NCBI GenBank assembly: GCA_011524855.1
Contig: WTJK01000033.1
Coordinates: 32,792-88,082 of the forward strand
Source of the DNA: Methanobacteriota archaeon
GTDB taxonomy: Archaea; Thermoplasmatota; Poseidoniia; Poseidoniales; Poseidoniaceae
DNA length: 55,291 nucleotides
Direction of reading: 5' to 3'
The number at the start of each line of letters is the position of its first letter. The first letter of the stretch is position 1. Shown piece after piece: positions 1-9,336 of this stretch. The position numbers and the translations under genes were made by a program. The notes beneath the pieces were generated by a model. It did not search any database. It was not told the origin of the DNA and saw nothing but the letters and a program-made list of their open reading frames with translations.

Positions 1-2582
1 ACAGCAAACACGGCGCCTGCGAACACAAAGAGCCAACCTGCGAGGCCCAGACCGCCTTCATCGGTTTCACCCTCAACGGCCAAGGCTTGCGTGCATCCCC
101 GAACGTCGACAACCGCACCTTCCGGGCTGTTCAAACAGAAATCGTCGGCATTGGACACGCCGTCGTTGTCGTCATCGAGTTGGACCTGGCTGCAACCCGT
201 GCTCGAGACCTCCGCTCCTAAAGCGGTGAGCGGGCAGGCATCCACCGGGTCGAAGACGCCATCTGCGTCGTCGTCGTCGTCTTCTACCGCATCGATGCAT
301 CCGTCACCGTCGCGGTCTTGACCCGCAGCTGCTGGACCGAGCACGCCCCGGGGGCAGCCGTCAACAGGGTCAAGCAATCCATCGTTGTCGTCATCGTCGT
401 CTTCCAAGCCATCCGCACATCCATCGCCATCGTGGTCAACTTCACTGGCGTTGTCCTCCCAGTTGCGGGTACCGTAGGGGCACACATCCTCGTCGTCGTC
501 CACACCGTCGCCGTCATCATCGTCGTCGCTCCCCTCGTCCAAACACCCGTCGGCATCGTAGTCGGTTGTGGGGTTTGAAGACCAAGGTTCTGCGTCGTTG
601 GGGCAGTTGTCGTCGACGTTGTTGATGCGGTCACCGTCTTTGTCCTCGTCGCAGGGGTCGCCGGTGCCGTCGCCGTCAAGGTCGGTCTGTGTTGGATTGC
701 TGATGGTTGGGCAGTTGTCTTGCTGGTCAATGTACCCGTCTTCGTCGATGTCGGTGTCGGAACATCCGTCCTGTTCAATGTCGTTTTCTGGGGTGGAGAC
801 CCAGCCGACCGGGCCTTTGGGGCACAGGTCGTTGACGTCAAAGATACCATCTTCGTCGTCATCGAAATCCTCGTTGTCGTCGATGCACCCGTCGCCGTCG
901 TGGTCGTTGCTCTGCAAGCGGCTGTCCCAGCCTACGTTGCCCCGCGGACAGGCGTCTTGGTCGTCGGGGAGCAAGTCGTTGTCGTCATCGTTGTCGCACA
1001 GGTCGCCAAACGCATCCCCGTCACGGTTCAACTGCTCGGGGTTGTTGATGTTGGGGCAGTTGTCCTCGCCGTCCAACACACCGTCGGCATCGATGTCCGT
1101 GACGTACATCCAAGCTCCGAAGTCGTAAGCATACCGTTGTTCAAAGGCGTGGATACCGAAGGCGCCGTCGTCATTGGCAATGAATGAAATCACGGGTGAA
1201 CCTGAGGAGCTGATAGCCAGCCGAAGAGGGAGGTCGTTGCCCATACCTCCCCCATGGACCGCCCAATCCCATGCGCCGTCCGACCGATGTTGAGCAAGGA
1301 ACAGGTCGTAATGGGCACCGTCGTTGATGCCGTCCAGATCGGTCAACGTGGTGTTGCCCAGCGTCAACGTGGAGGACGTTCGGCCCAACACCAAGGTTTC
1401 GCCTTGCTGTGTGACGTGAACGCCCACGGCATGGTCGGCCCCGCCTCCTCCGTACCCTCTGCTCGAGGTCCATGCACCGCCCGACGAAAGGGAGGCTTCG
1501 AAGATGTCCACCCACACCGCTTCGGTGATCACGGTTCCCGAGAAATTGGCTCGCTGGTAATAGTCTCCGACCACGGTTACGCCGTCGTCGTTTGATGCTA
1601 CGCAATCGGAGATGGATTGTTCACCTTGTCCTGAAACCACCGTGGACCAGGCCCACCCATCCTCGTCGTACTGGGTTAACACACCGTCAGCAGCGCCTTG
1701 GCTGGTGTGTTCGTTGTTGTCGTCAAACAAAATGACGCCCAGGAACGTGGTGCCGAAATAGGTTCTCCCAAGACGGTCTTCGCACAGGACGCCACCGTAC
1801 TCGAGTGAATCGGTTGATGTCACGGTGTGGAGGAACAAATCCTCTCCGTTGTGATCCATCCCAAAAAGGGCAATCGTTTCGAACTCGGTCGAGCCCGGTG
1901 AGGTCTCGTTGTTGAACAGAAATTCGCCGCGGTGCGAAATGGCCACGTGAACGGTGTTGCTGCTTGTTGCTTCAACGTCCAAAACGGTCATGTCGAAAGC
2001 GTTGCTGAAAGCTCTGGCCCACAACCAGGTCCCGTCGGGTGACATGGCGGCGACCATCAGCGCACTGGGGTCGTCATCGGCGGACTTGTTGATCGAACCA
2101 AAACCGTCGAGGGTGAGGTTGCACGATTCCCCATACGACAGGTCGCAAAACCGCCCAGCGAGGATGAGGGTGCCGTCGGTCATGCGCTCGACCTCTTGGA
2201 GTCCGTCAAAGTACCCCGAGCTTGCGGAAAGGCTCCGAGCCCAGGTGCCGTTTTCGGCCACCCAGGCGATGAACATGTCTTCCCCAAACGAGCCAAGGTC
2301 CGTGTCGTTGGTGGAAAAGCCCTCGACGTCGCCATGGAAAGCGATGTTCTGTTCAAAGGACCCGACCATCACCATCTGCCCATCGTCCAAGGCCACCATG
2401 TCGTTGATGCGTTCACTGCTCTGTCCGTCACCGGCTGCTAACCAACCCGCCAACGACGCAGCGGTGTCCGATGAAAACGGATGAATCTCCTGGGCATCGT
2501 TCAGTGGCACTGGGGTGTGCTGTACCAACGACAAGAGCAACAGCACGACAAGGGTGGTGGCCGTGCGCTGCGTCAACCCCAT
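1..2582 (-). CDS. Secreted surface protein, C-terminus cut by the window edge: signal peptide, beta-propeller-like region, tandem thrombospondin type-3 (TSP3) Ca-binding repeats, hydrophobic C-terminal anchor
   Basis: Missing from the ORF track because this minus frame stays open to position 1. Hand translation from ATG 2582..2580 gives MGLTQRTATTLVVLLLLSLVQHTPVPL (signal-like), then repeated D.FIAW/G.W segments. 140..1100 translates without stops to units such as DNCPNINNPEQLNRDGDAFGDLCD and DNCPTISNPTQTDLDGDGTGDPCD. The residues nearest the edge, ...GLGLAGWLFVFAGAVFAV, are hydrophobic. Track ORFs 284..862(-), 1171..1605(-), 568..1128(+) and 1954..2484(+) are shadow frames. Confidence 0.85.
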   Translation of the reverse strand, partial: MGLTQRTATTLVVLLLLSLVQHTPVPLNDAQEIHPFSSDTAASLAGWLAAGDGQSSERINDMVALDDGQMVMVGSFEQNIAFHGDVEGFSTNDTDLGSFGEDMFIAWVAENGTWARSLSASSGYFDGLQEVERMTDGTLILAGRFCDLSYGESCNLTLDGFGSINKSADDDPSALMVAAMSPDGTWLWARAFSNAFDMTVLDVEATSSNTVHVAISHRGEFLFNNETSPGSTEFETIALFGMDHNGEDLFLHTVTSTDSLEYGGVLCEDRLGRTYFGTTFLGVILFDDNNEHTSQGAADGVLTQYDEDGWAWSTVVSGQGEQSISDCVASNDDGVTVVGDYYQRANFSGTVITEAVWVDIFEASLSSGGAWTSSRGYGGGGADHAVGVHVTQQGETLVLGRTSSTLTLGNTTLTDLDGINDGAHYDLFLAQHRSDGAWDWAVHGGGMGNDLPLRLAISSSGSPVISFIANDDGAFGIHAFEQRYAYDFGAWMYVTDIDADGVLDGEDNCPNINNPEQLNRDGDAFGDLCDNDDDNDLLPDDQDACPRGNVGWDSRLQSNDHDGDGCIDDNEDFDDDEDGIFDVNDLCPKGPVGWVSTPENDIEQDGCSDTDIDEDGYIDQQDNCPTISNPTQTDLDGDGTGDPCDEDKDGDRINNVDDNCPNDAEPWSSNPTTDYDADGCLDEGSDDDDDGDGVDDDEDVCPYGTRNWEDNASEVDHDGDGCADGLEDDDDDNDGLLDPVDGCPRGVLGPAAAGQDRDGDGCIDAVEDDDDDADGVFDPVDACPLTALGAEVSSTGCSQVQLDDDNDGVSNADDFCLNSPEGAVVDVRGCTQALAVEGETDEGGLGLAGWLFVFAGAVFA
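140..1100 (-). repeat. Intragenic tandem array of at least 8 TSP3-like Asp-rich calcium-binding units
   Basis: Hand translation shows recurring D.D.DG..D..D.CP modules: DNCPN, DACPRG, DLCPKG, DNCPT, DNCPND, DVCPYG, DGCPRG, DACPLT. The + strand shows matching gtcgtcgtc runs. Confidence 0.8.
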
Positions 2583-2678
2583 GAAATTTCATTCATCATG
2601 TTGCATTTGAACCAATCGTCAACGTGACCCGACGCTTCGCGTCCAAGGCTTCATTGGGCGTCGGTCCGAGGCACCCAC

Positions 2679-3731
2679 ATGAGTCAACGGGACCAACGGC
2701 GTTCTTCGAGGCAACGACGGCCCCAGGGCGGTCGACGCCAACGATACGGAGGACCCAAGCGAGCCACCCTTGAGGAGCGGGAAGCGTTTCGTGTCAAGGT
2801 CATGGATGGTCGCGCCAAAGACCGCTTCAAACGGTCCCCGCCTCCGATGGGTTTTCCGGACGAGCCGGTTGAACCGACTTCATTTTCATTCGACTGGGCG
2901 GTTGAGCCAGTCCCGCTGGCTTGTGAGGAAAAGGTCGCTGGAAAGGTGGTTCGCCGAGGTGAGTTTGGTTGGGTGAGCGATGAGCGCGTGGATGAAATCG
3001 CCCGCTTTGTCGACGCAGAGCCCATGAACACCGATCAGGCGCTCTCCCTCCGGTCGGCGCTTTTGCAACAAAAGACCGTGTACTCCCACGGGCGACTCAA
3101 AAGCAAGGGCAAAGAATTGGCCAAGCTGTACCGCAACGGCACCAGCATCCTTGATCTCTCGAAAAAATTCGATTTTCCACCCATGAACGTGTTTCGCGTC
3201 GTGCTGGAAGCCAACGGTTGGTCAAAAAACAAAATCAAGGAAAGTTTTCGAGACCCTGCATCAATGAAAGCGAGGGAACAAGCTGAATTTGAAGCGGCTG
3301 AAGCGGCGGATCGAGTGTCGAACGTTGACCAATCCGAGACCCAACTGCGTGCGGATTTGTTCGAAGACATTCTCTCGGATTGGTTTGAAACGCAAGGTGT
3401 GCGTTTGCGCCGTCAACCTGAGATGGTCAAAGAACAGCAAGAGGCCCACGGCAGGCCTGTTCGAACGCCAGACCTCCTCTTTTTGGACGATGTCACGATC
3501 AACGGCCAACCGGTTGCATGGATCGATGCCAAGCACTTCTACGGTGCGGACGTTGACTTTCAACGAAAGAAGATGAAGAAGCAAATGCAACGCTACATCG
3601 ACGAATGGGGTTCAGGGGCCATCGTGTTCCGTCACGGCTTTTGCGAGAACCTCTACCTGCCAGGCGTGTTGATGCTGGACGCCAGCCCGCTTGACCTCAG
3701 TCGGTTGAGCGAGCCGAACCCAGATGTGTGA
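2679..3731 (+). CDS. TPD-motif PD-(D/E)xK nuclease-like protein (CDIN1/C15orf41-like) with Arg-rich N-terminus
   Basis: C-terminal RTPDLLFLDDVTINGQPVAWIDAKHFYG ... WGSGAIVFRHGFCENL gives a PD ... DxK core in the arrangement I recall for the TPD family. The N-terminus RRSSRQRRPQGGRRQRYGGPKR is strongly basic. Confidence 0.65.
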   Translation: MSQRDQRRSSRQRRPQGGRRQRYGGPKRATLEEREAFRVKVMDGRAKDRFKRSPPPMGFPDEPVEPTSFSFDWAVEPVPLACEEKVAGKVVRRGEFGWVSDERVDEIARFVDAEPMNTDQALSLRSALLQQKTVYSHGRLKSKGKELAKLYRNGTSILDLSKKFDFPPMNVFRVVLEANGWSKNKIKESFRDPASMKAREQAEFEAAEAADRVSNVDQSETQLRADLFEDILSDWFETQGVRLRRQPEMVKEQQEAHGRPVRTPDLLFLDDVTINGQPVAWIDAKHFYGADVDFQRKKMKKQMQRYIDEWGSGAIVFRHGFCENLYLPGVLMLDASPLDLSRLSEPNPDV

Positions 3732-4728
3732 GGAGGGTCGCCACGCCGGCTGTTTGACAGCGGGTTGCGAGCTCATCGAGAACGGAAGCATTCACCGTCG
3801 AGGGGATGGAACGCGGCACGACCGCCACGGATGTTCCCAGCATGCACAAACGAACAGCCACTGCATCGCTCAAACCCGAGGCGTCCACGGCTGCTTCGAC
3901 GGTTGACAACAACGATGCACGCATCGGCTCGTTCACCATGCCAGAAGCGGTGGCAAACGTCGTCGCTTCATCGAGCAACATGGGCCAAACTTCGGTTGAC
4001 CACGCCTGTGCTTTGAGCCGTTCAACGCTCGTTTGGCCGGCTTCGGTGATGGCTCGCTTCCATTCGGGGTGGTTGATGTACGAGGAGGTATGGCGCTGTT
4101 CGTTCGGTTTCCACACCAGCAACACGGGCATCTCTGCTTCAAACGAGCGAACTTGACCGGGCCATCCGGGAGCGCCCGGTTGCGTTCGCAGTTCAACGCC
4201 CCCTGCCGAAGCCCCCAACACATCACCCAACCCACCGCTGTGTTGGCGCTCAACTTGGTGAGCGATGATGAGAAATTGACGGCGTGTGCCTCGGCCCGTT
4301 AATCCGTGCACCAGTTCCCCCAGGGCCATCAGCCCGGCAGCGGACATCCCGAAGCCTTGACTCAACGGGCATTCGAGCTGCAATTCAAGATGAAGCGACT
4401 CGTTGGGTCGAAGCAGTTTGGCGTACCGGCACACTTCAAGGTACGACCTGTAGATGGTGTCATCGTTGAACGGTTGGCCGAGCCGGTCGACAACGGTGAT
4501 GACCGAAGGGCTGGGGGTTGGAGGGTCGGTTCGCTCGTCGGGGTCTTCCCCCTCGGAAGGTGAACCGTCGGTGGGTTGGACCACCAACCGACCGGTGGCC
4601 TGAACCCCATGGTGGATGGAAAAGCCCGATCCGCAACTTCCTTGGTCGCGAGGCAGGCGTTGGTCGCTCTCCACCGTGAAAAGGAGGGTGATGTGGCCAC
4701 CTTGGCGTACGGTTAATCCATCGGCCAT
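3697..4728 (-). CDS. GHMP-family kinase, probably archaeal pantoate kinase (CoA biosynthesis)
   Basis: Motifs GGHITLLF, GSCGSGFS, PLSQGFGMSAAG and GGLGDV. The GHIT..F N-terminus is typical of COG1829 pantoate kinases. It carries an acidic/Pro-rich insert (SPSEGEDPDERTDPPTPSPS). Confidence 0.65.
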   Translation of the reverse strand: MADGLTVRQGGHITLLFTVESDQRLPRDQGSCGSGFSIHHGVQATGRLVVQPTDGSPSEGEDPDERTDPPTPSPSVITVVDRLGQPFNDDTIYRSYLEVCRYAKLLRPNESLHLELQLECPLSQGFGMSAAGLMALGELVHGLTGRGTRRQFLIIAHQVERQHSGGLGDVLGASAGGVELRTQPGAPGWPGQVRSFEAEMPVLLVWKPNEQRHTSSYINHPEWKRAITEAGQTSVERLKAQAWSTEVWPMLLDEATTFATASGMVNEPMRASLLSTVEAAVDASGLSDAVAVRLCMLGTSVAVVPRSIPSTVNASVLDELATRCQTAGVATLLTHLGSARSTD

Positions 4729-4771
4729 GCGGTGTCACCACCGGTTGGGCTCATCAATGATGTGAAGCGAA

Positions 4772-5713
4772 TCAAGCCAGGGCGCCATCGAGTTGTTCCT
4801 TGATGGTGTCAAAGCGACCGGCCAGTTCGTCGAGGGCCATGTTGAAGGCCGTCACGGGGTCCAAACTGCCGTCGGTCTCGTAGGAGAACACGTAAGCGTT
4901 GTCGACGGTCTCCATCACGATGCTCTCTGCGAAATCGGCTTCGCGACCGGTGCCGTGACCCACTTGGTGGAGCGCCTTTTCGAGGTCCATCACGTGGTTG
5001 ATGTCGGTGACTTTCTTGCCTTTTCCAAAGAGCTTGGCGTCGATGGGCGTGCCGTCCGTGGTGGTCAAGCCGAGGCCAAACAGGGTCTCGGCGGCTTTGG
5101 CGTCCTTGAGCACGGCCACTTGTTGCGGGCGGAAACCCACGGCGGCGACGGGGGACCACTTGGCATGGTCTCGGCCGCGGCCCAGCACAGCGAACGCGTA
5201 GAATTCGAGGAATTGGCCCTTTGACAGCACGGTCAAGGGGATGGTTTTGTGCTCGTCTCGGATGTCAAACACGGGGTCGGAAATCGTGGTGATGTCGCCG
5301 GCGTACACCGTTCGAAGTTCTTCGTCCGAATCGGCCGATGGGCCACGGGCGGAGAGGGTGTAGAGGACCTGGCACATGGGGCAACCCTTGTCCTTTTCAA
5401 CAACGTCTTTGCAGTTCTCGCATGCATCGGGGAACACAAGGCCTTCGTCCATGTTGGTGGGGATAGGGATCATGGCCAAACGGTGGGCAAGGACCTCATC
5501 GGGAAGCACGTTAACCGATTCCACCACTTCGCCTTTGTTGTCTTGCGTCACGCCTTGGGAGAAGTCAACACGGGTGATGGCAAGTTTGGGAACATCAGCG
5601 ATGAGGGCACGACGGATGGCGTTCACCTGAGCGGCATCGGTGTCCGTGATGAGAATGCGGATTTCGTGACCTTGGGGCCAGCCTTGGACAATTTCAGTCT
5701 TCATGTTGCTCAC
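4772..5713 (-). CDS. rpoD: DNA-directed RNA polymerase subunit D (Rpo3)
   Basis: NAIRRALIADVPKLAI and Cys cluster CENCKD...CPMCQ. It lies directly downstream of S13-S4-S11, as in archaeal operons. Confidence 0.9.
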   Translation of the reverse strand: MSNMKTEIVQGWPQGHEIRILITDTDAAQVNAIRRALIADVPKLAITRVDFSQGVTQDNKGEVVESVNVLPDEVLAHRLAMIPIPTNMDEGLVFPDACENCKDVVEKDKGCPMCQVLYTLSARGPSADSDEELRTVYAGDITTISDPVFDIRDEHKTIPLTVLSKGQFLEFYAFAVLGRGRDHAKWSPVAAVGFRPQQVAVLKDAKAAETLFGLGLTTTDGTPIDAKLFGKGKKVTDINHVMDLEKALHQVGHGTGREADFAESIVMETVDNAYVFSYETDGSLDPVTAFNMALDELAGRFDTIKEQLDGALA

Positions 5714-5722
5714 GCTCCGTCC

Positions 5723-6109
5723 TCAGACGCGTCGGCCACGTCGGCCGCCCTTCTTCTTGGTCCCGTCGTGGGCGATGGGGGTGACGTCTTCGATGCGGGT
5801 GATGGTCATGCCAGCACGGGTCAAGGCGCGGATGGCGGCTTGGGCCCCGGGGCCGGTGTTGTTGGAGAGGTTGCCGCCGGGTGCACGGTACTTGACGATG
5901 AGTTCGGTGAACTCCTTGTCGCGCAGGGCATCGGCCATGCGCTCGGCTGAGCGGGTGGCAGCGAACTGGCCGCCCTTGTCTTTGCCAGCCTTGACGACCT
6001 CACCGCCGTTGCAGGTGGTGATGGTTTCAGCGCCGGTCAAGTCGGTCGCCGTCATGAGGATGTTGTTGTAGGAACTGAAGATGTTGACAATGGCTTTGCG
6101 GGACATCAC
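5723..6109 (-). CDS. rps11: 30S ribosomal protein S11 (uS11)
   Basis: [17 protein letters not shown] ... [11 protein letters not shown] ... [21 protein letters not shown]. Its ATG overlaps the S4 stop by 4 nt. Confidence 0.95.
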   Translation of the reverse strand: MMSRKAIVNIFSSYNNILMTATDLTGAETITTCNGGEVVKAGKDKGGQFAATRSAERMADALRDKEFTELIVKYRAPGGNLSNNTGPGAQAAIRALTRAGMTITRIEDVTPIAHDGTKKKGGRRGRRV

Positions 6110-6759
6110 TCATCGCCTCCTTGCTTGATGGCTTCGTTGGAGGCTTCGGCAGCCACACGGACTTCCTCAGCAAACTCGGGGGTTGCCTCGGGGTCAACGC
6201 CTTCCTCGGCGTACTCGGCCATCTCACGGCGGCCTTCAATGGCTTGGCGAATGGCGTGGTTGGGATCGTTCAAGGCCGAGGAGGGGTGGTAGCGCAAATC
6301 GCCTTCTTCGTCACGGGTCACAGGGTAGGAAGGAATCGTGACCTTTTGATTGCCGATGCAGATTTGGCCGTGCGTCACCAGCTGGCGAGCTTGCTTCATG
6401 GAGCAGGCCAATCCCTTGTAGTACACTTGGGCTTGCAGGCGTCGGCTGAGAACGTCTTCGGTGCCCAACGACAAGATGTCGCCGAGCTCGGCGTTGTTCT
6501 CGATGAGGCCTTTGTTGTAGAGGGAGTGGAGCAGGTCCTCCATCTCTCGCTTGCCGTGACCCTCAGAGGTGTCCACCATACCGATGAGGCGCATGGCTTG
6601 GCGTCGGTAACGGCGGAGCTGGGACTTGGCCTTCCAAATCTCCTTCATGTTCTTGAGGCCGTGATTGGCCTTGATAGCGTGCTCTTCTTCGATGCGGTCA
6701 GCCTTCCAAGGGTGCGAAGGCGTGTCGAATTTAGGTCGTGAAAACTTTGGCTCTCCCAT
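6106..6759 (-). CDS. rps4: 30S ribosomal protein S4 (uS4) with acidic C-terminal tail
   Basis: [26 protein letters not shown] ... [35 protein letters not shown]. Confidence 0.95.
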   Translation of the reverse strand: MGEPKFSRPKFDTPSHPWKADRIEEEHAIKANHGLKNMKEIWKAKSQLRRYRRQAMRLIGMVDTSEGHGKREMEDLLHSLYNKGLIENNAELGDILSLGTEDVLSRRLQAQVYYKGLACSMKQARQLVTHGQICIGNQKVTIPSYPVTRDEEGDLRYHPSSALNDPNHAIRQAIEGRREMAEYAEEGVDPEATPEFAEEVRVAAEASNEAIKQGGDE

Positions 6760-6774
6760 GTTCTTCCCTCCTCA

Positions 6775-7242
6775 TCACTTCTTCCGGCTCACACCCAAGG
6801 TCAGGCCGCCACGGCCGTTGGACCGACCGCGCTGGCCACGAACTTTGTTGCCCGAGGCGTGGCGGATACCACGGTAGGCTTTGATGGTGCGCAGGCGACT
6901 GATGTCGTCCTGGGTGGTGAAGCGAACTTGTTGGCCGGTGACGTGGAGGTCACGGCCACTCTCGAGGTCCCATTCGCGGTTGAGCATCCAGCTGGGGACC
7001 GAGTCGGCGTAGGACTCGATGGCCACACGGAGTTGCTCCTGCTCGTCCGTGCTGAGGAAGCCGGCGAGTTTGTACGGGTCGAAGCCGGTGTTCTTGCAGA
7101 TCTGAATGGCGGTTCGGGCACCAACGCCCTTGACGGAGGTCAGGGCGGTCGCCAGGGGCTTCAGCCCGTCCATGTCGGTATCTGCCATACGCAGAATGTA
7201 TGAAAAGTCGTCGCCAAGGTCCTCATCCTTCGGTCGTGCCAT
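6775..7242 (-). CDS. rps13: 30S ribosomal protein S13 (uS13)
   Basis: ALTSVKGVGARTAIQICK ... IKAYRGIRHASGNKVRGQRGRSNGR. Confidence 0.95.
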   Translation of the reverse strand: MARPKDEDLGDDFSYILRMADTDMDGLKPLATALTSVKGVGARTAIQICKNTGFDPYKLAGFLSTDEQEQLRVAIESYADSVPSWMLNREWDLESGRDLHVTGQQVRFTTQDDISRLRTIKAYRGIRHASGNKVRGQRGRSNGRGGLTLGVSRKK

Positions 7243-7247
7243 GGTTT

Positions 7248-7306
7248 CACCTCAATGTTAACACACAGTGTCAAGCATCCCTCCGACCAACCTCCCATAT
7301 ATCAAG
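7248..7306 (-). promoter_or_regulatory. Putative promoter and RBS of the S13-S4-S11-rpoD operon
   Basis: On the minus strand, GAGGTG (7248..7253) sits 5 nt upstream of the S13 ATG, and a TATA-like CTTGATATATGGG lies at 7294..7306. Confidence 0.4.
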
Positions 7307-7352
7307 ACCGCGATGGCCAAATTGAGGCCCCGAGGCGCGAACTGCACCACGG

Positions 7353-8633
7353 TCAGCGGCCGTTGTGAGCATCCACACAGAGCAGCAGGGTGTGACCGTT
7401 GGGGTGCTGAGCGAGGAACCCTTGCCGGTCACCCGAGCGACCGGTCAACTGCCTGTCAAGCGCCCCTTGCCACGCAGGCTGCCGTTCAGGAGGGGTCGCA
7501 AGGCGCAGTTTGACGGATGAAAAGCGGTGCTCAATGGCCAGTTCCACCACGTCCTGCACGGTGGTGTCGTCCAGTGACCCTTGATACAAGGCCACCACGC
7601 GACCGGTGGCTTGCACGAGACCCTGGTCCATTGGCCTCAACCTCAACGGGTGGGGGTGATGCAGTTGGGGTCGCCGGCCATGGAGGACGCCCCAACGCAG
7701 ATCCTTGTCCTTGGTCACATTGGCCAACCACTGGGAGACAAGTCCACTCTCCACGAGTGCGGCGTCCAACAGGCTGACGTGTTCACCGCGTTGCGGGGGG
7801 TGAACGGTGATCTTCAGCGGTTCAGTCGGGTGATGCGTGGTCACCGTGAACGGGCGCTCGCCCAGTTGAGGTGGAATCCGGACAAAGCGTCGCAAGGCTC
7901 CATCAGCAGCCAACGGCCCTGTCCACAAGGCAAGTCGGTCCACCCGTCCTCGGCCGCGCGAAGTCCACACCCACGTGCGACGAAGCCCCGGCCAGCGTTC
8001 ATCGACCATCGATTCGACTTGACGCCGCTGGTCGGTGCTGAGCCTGGGCGAAAGGTCAAGCAGCATGGCAGGACCTAGCTCGTGGGGTGCAAACCAAGGC
8101 CGCCATGCATCAAGGACATGGTCGAGCGCCGGTCGCATCTCGCTGAGGTCGTGGTGTCGGCTGTTTCGAGGACGCGCAGGGTCCAACTGGAGCATCGCCA
8201 CGCAAGGGGAGGCTTGGCCGAGGGCGGTGGTGAGGGCTTGTTCAGCGTCCAAACCGTCTCCTGCCAGCACCACTGAATCGCTGCACCAAGGTGACGTGAT
8301 CTCGCCTGACATGGCGCCAACGGTACGAAGGTTGAGAGCACTGGCAAGGGCGCGTGCCGGGTCAAGTTCGATGCCGATGGCCGGACGACTCAGCGTCAAG
8401 GCATGGGCCCAGACCTGAAGTCCGCTGCCGCAGGCGGGATCGATGATGTATCCGTCGGCGAGAGGTTGGTCGACAAGCGCCATTGAACGCTCGGTCGCCA
8501 CCTGCCAGGGCGTCGCGAGGGGGCGCCCATCGTTGGCGTGATGAAAGACGGTGCCTTCGGGAGCGGTCGAATCGGGACTGGTTTGCGTGGTTCCGTTGTC
8601 CTCTGCATCGTCGGCCGTGAACCGTTGGTGCAT
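7353..8633 (-). CDS. Class I SAM-dependent methyltransferase with a long C-terminal (possibly THUMP-like) domain
   Basis: SAM motif I is YIIDPACGSGLQV, followed by IGIELD. The remaining ~280 aa are unassigned. Confidence 0.55.
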   Translation of the reverse strand: MHQRFTADDAEDNGTTQTSPDSTAPEGTVFHHANDGRPLATPWQVATERSMALVDQPLADGYIIDPACGSGLQVWAHALTLSRPAIGIELDPARALASALNLRTVGAMSGEITSPWCSDSVVLAGDGLDAEQALTTALGQASPCVAMLQLDPARPRNSRHHDLSEMRPALDHVLDAWRPWFAPHELGPAMLLDLSPRLSTDQRRQVESMVDERWPGLRRTWVWTSRGRGRVDRLALWTGPLAADGALRRFVRIPPQLGERPFTVTTHHPTEPLKITVHPPQRGEHVSLLDAALVESGLVSQWLANVTKDKDLRWGVLHGRRPQLHHPHPLRLRPMDQGLVQATGRVVALYQGSLDDTTVQDVVELAIEHRFSSVKLRLATPPERQPAWQGALDRQLTGRSGDRQGFLAQHPNGHTLLLCVDAHNGR

Positions 8634-8642
8634 GGAATCACC

Positions 8643-9251
8643 TCATGCTTGAGCGATGTCGGAACGGTTGACCAAGCACTCAAACGGAATACCAGCGGCT
8701 TCGAAGGCTTCGTGAGCACCTTCTTGGCGGTCAAGAATGCTGATCACGGCGACCACGCGACATGCTGTCGCCTCGTGGAGGCGCTGCACTGCTTGAATCG
8801 AGGAACCGCCCGTGGTGGTGACGTCTTCAACAATGACCACGTCGCCGGGTTCAGCCAAGGATGAACCTTCGATGCCGGGAGGGTTGTTGGTCTTGCGTCC
8901 GCCACGGCCCTTGGGGTTTTTTCGGACCATGAACCCTCGAAGGTTGTCGTCAGCATTCGGTGAACCGATCACCAACGCGGTGAGCGGCACGGCTCCCAAT
9001 TCTAAACCCCCGACATAGGTGGCTCCGAGGTCGGCGATGCGGAGGTTGAGCAGTTCGCCGAGGATGGCTCCCGCCTCGGGGTGCATCATGACAGGTTTGG
9101 TGTCAAAAAACCACCTGGATTGGCGACCGCTTGCCAACGTGAAGGCTTCGTCGTGACCGCCGTCCAAAAACGCCAGGTCATGCACCAATTCAACCAACCG
9201 AGGCCAACGGGGGTGATTGCGAACATCGTCGTGGACCGTCATGGTTCCCAT
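8643..9251 (-). CDS. pyrE: Orotate phosphoribosyltransferase-like PRTase
   Basis: PRPP-binding loop VVIVEDVTTTGGSSIQAV; FTLASGRQSRWFFD; VRKNPKGRGG. Confidence 0.75.
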   Translation of the reverse strand: MGTMTVHDDVRNHPRWPRLVELVHDLAFLDGGHDEAFTLASGRQSRWFFDTKPVMMHPEAGAILGELLNLRIADLGATYVGGLELGAVPLTALVIGSPNADDNLRGFMVRKNPKGRGGRKTNNPPGIEGSSLAEPGDVVIVEDVTTTGGSSIQAVQRLHEATACRVVAVISILDRQEGAHEAFEAAGIPFECLVNRSDIAQA

Positions 9252-9336
9252 TCAGCGAGCCAAACGCTTGAACTTTCGGTCATGGCCTTCAACCGCTCGG
9301 ATGATAAAGGGTCGCCGCCGTGTGATTTTGAGCACC

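Noticed and set aside
284-2484. Track ORFs 284..862(-), 318..578(+), 568..1128(+), 720..1187(+), 1171..1605(-), 1254..1595(+), 1954..2484(+)
   Set aside because: These are shadow frames of the edge-truncated TSP3 surface-protein gene. The Thr-rich and Ser/Val-rich translations are what GAC-codon repeats give when read out of frame or antisense. Only the third minus frame reads as a coherent protein with a signal peptide.
9217-9336. Extended N-termini suggested by the ORF track: PolD from 9217, ribD from 21399, SCO1 from 25732, lipid kinase from 21115, S2P from 47603, HhH protein from 38102
   Set aside because: Each extension overlaps the neighbouring gene or an AT-rich promoter-like tract and adds non-conserved sequence. 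In-frame internal ATG codons that fit the family N-termini are available.
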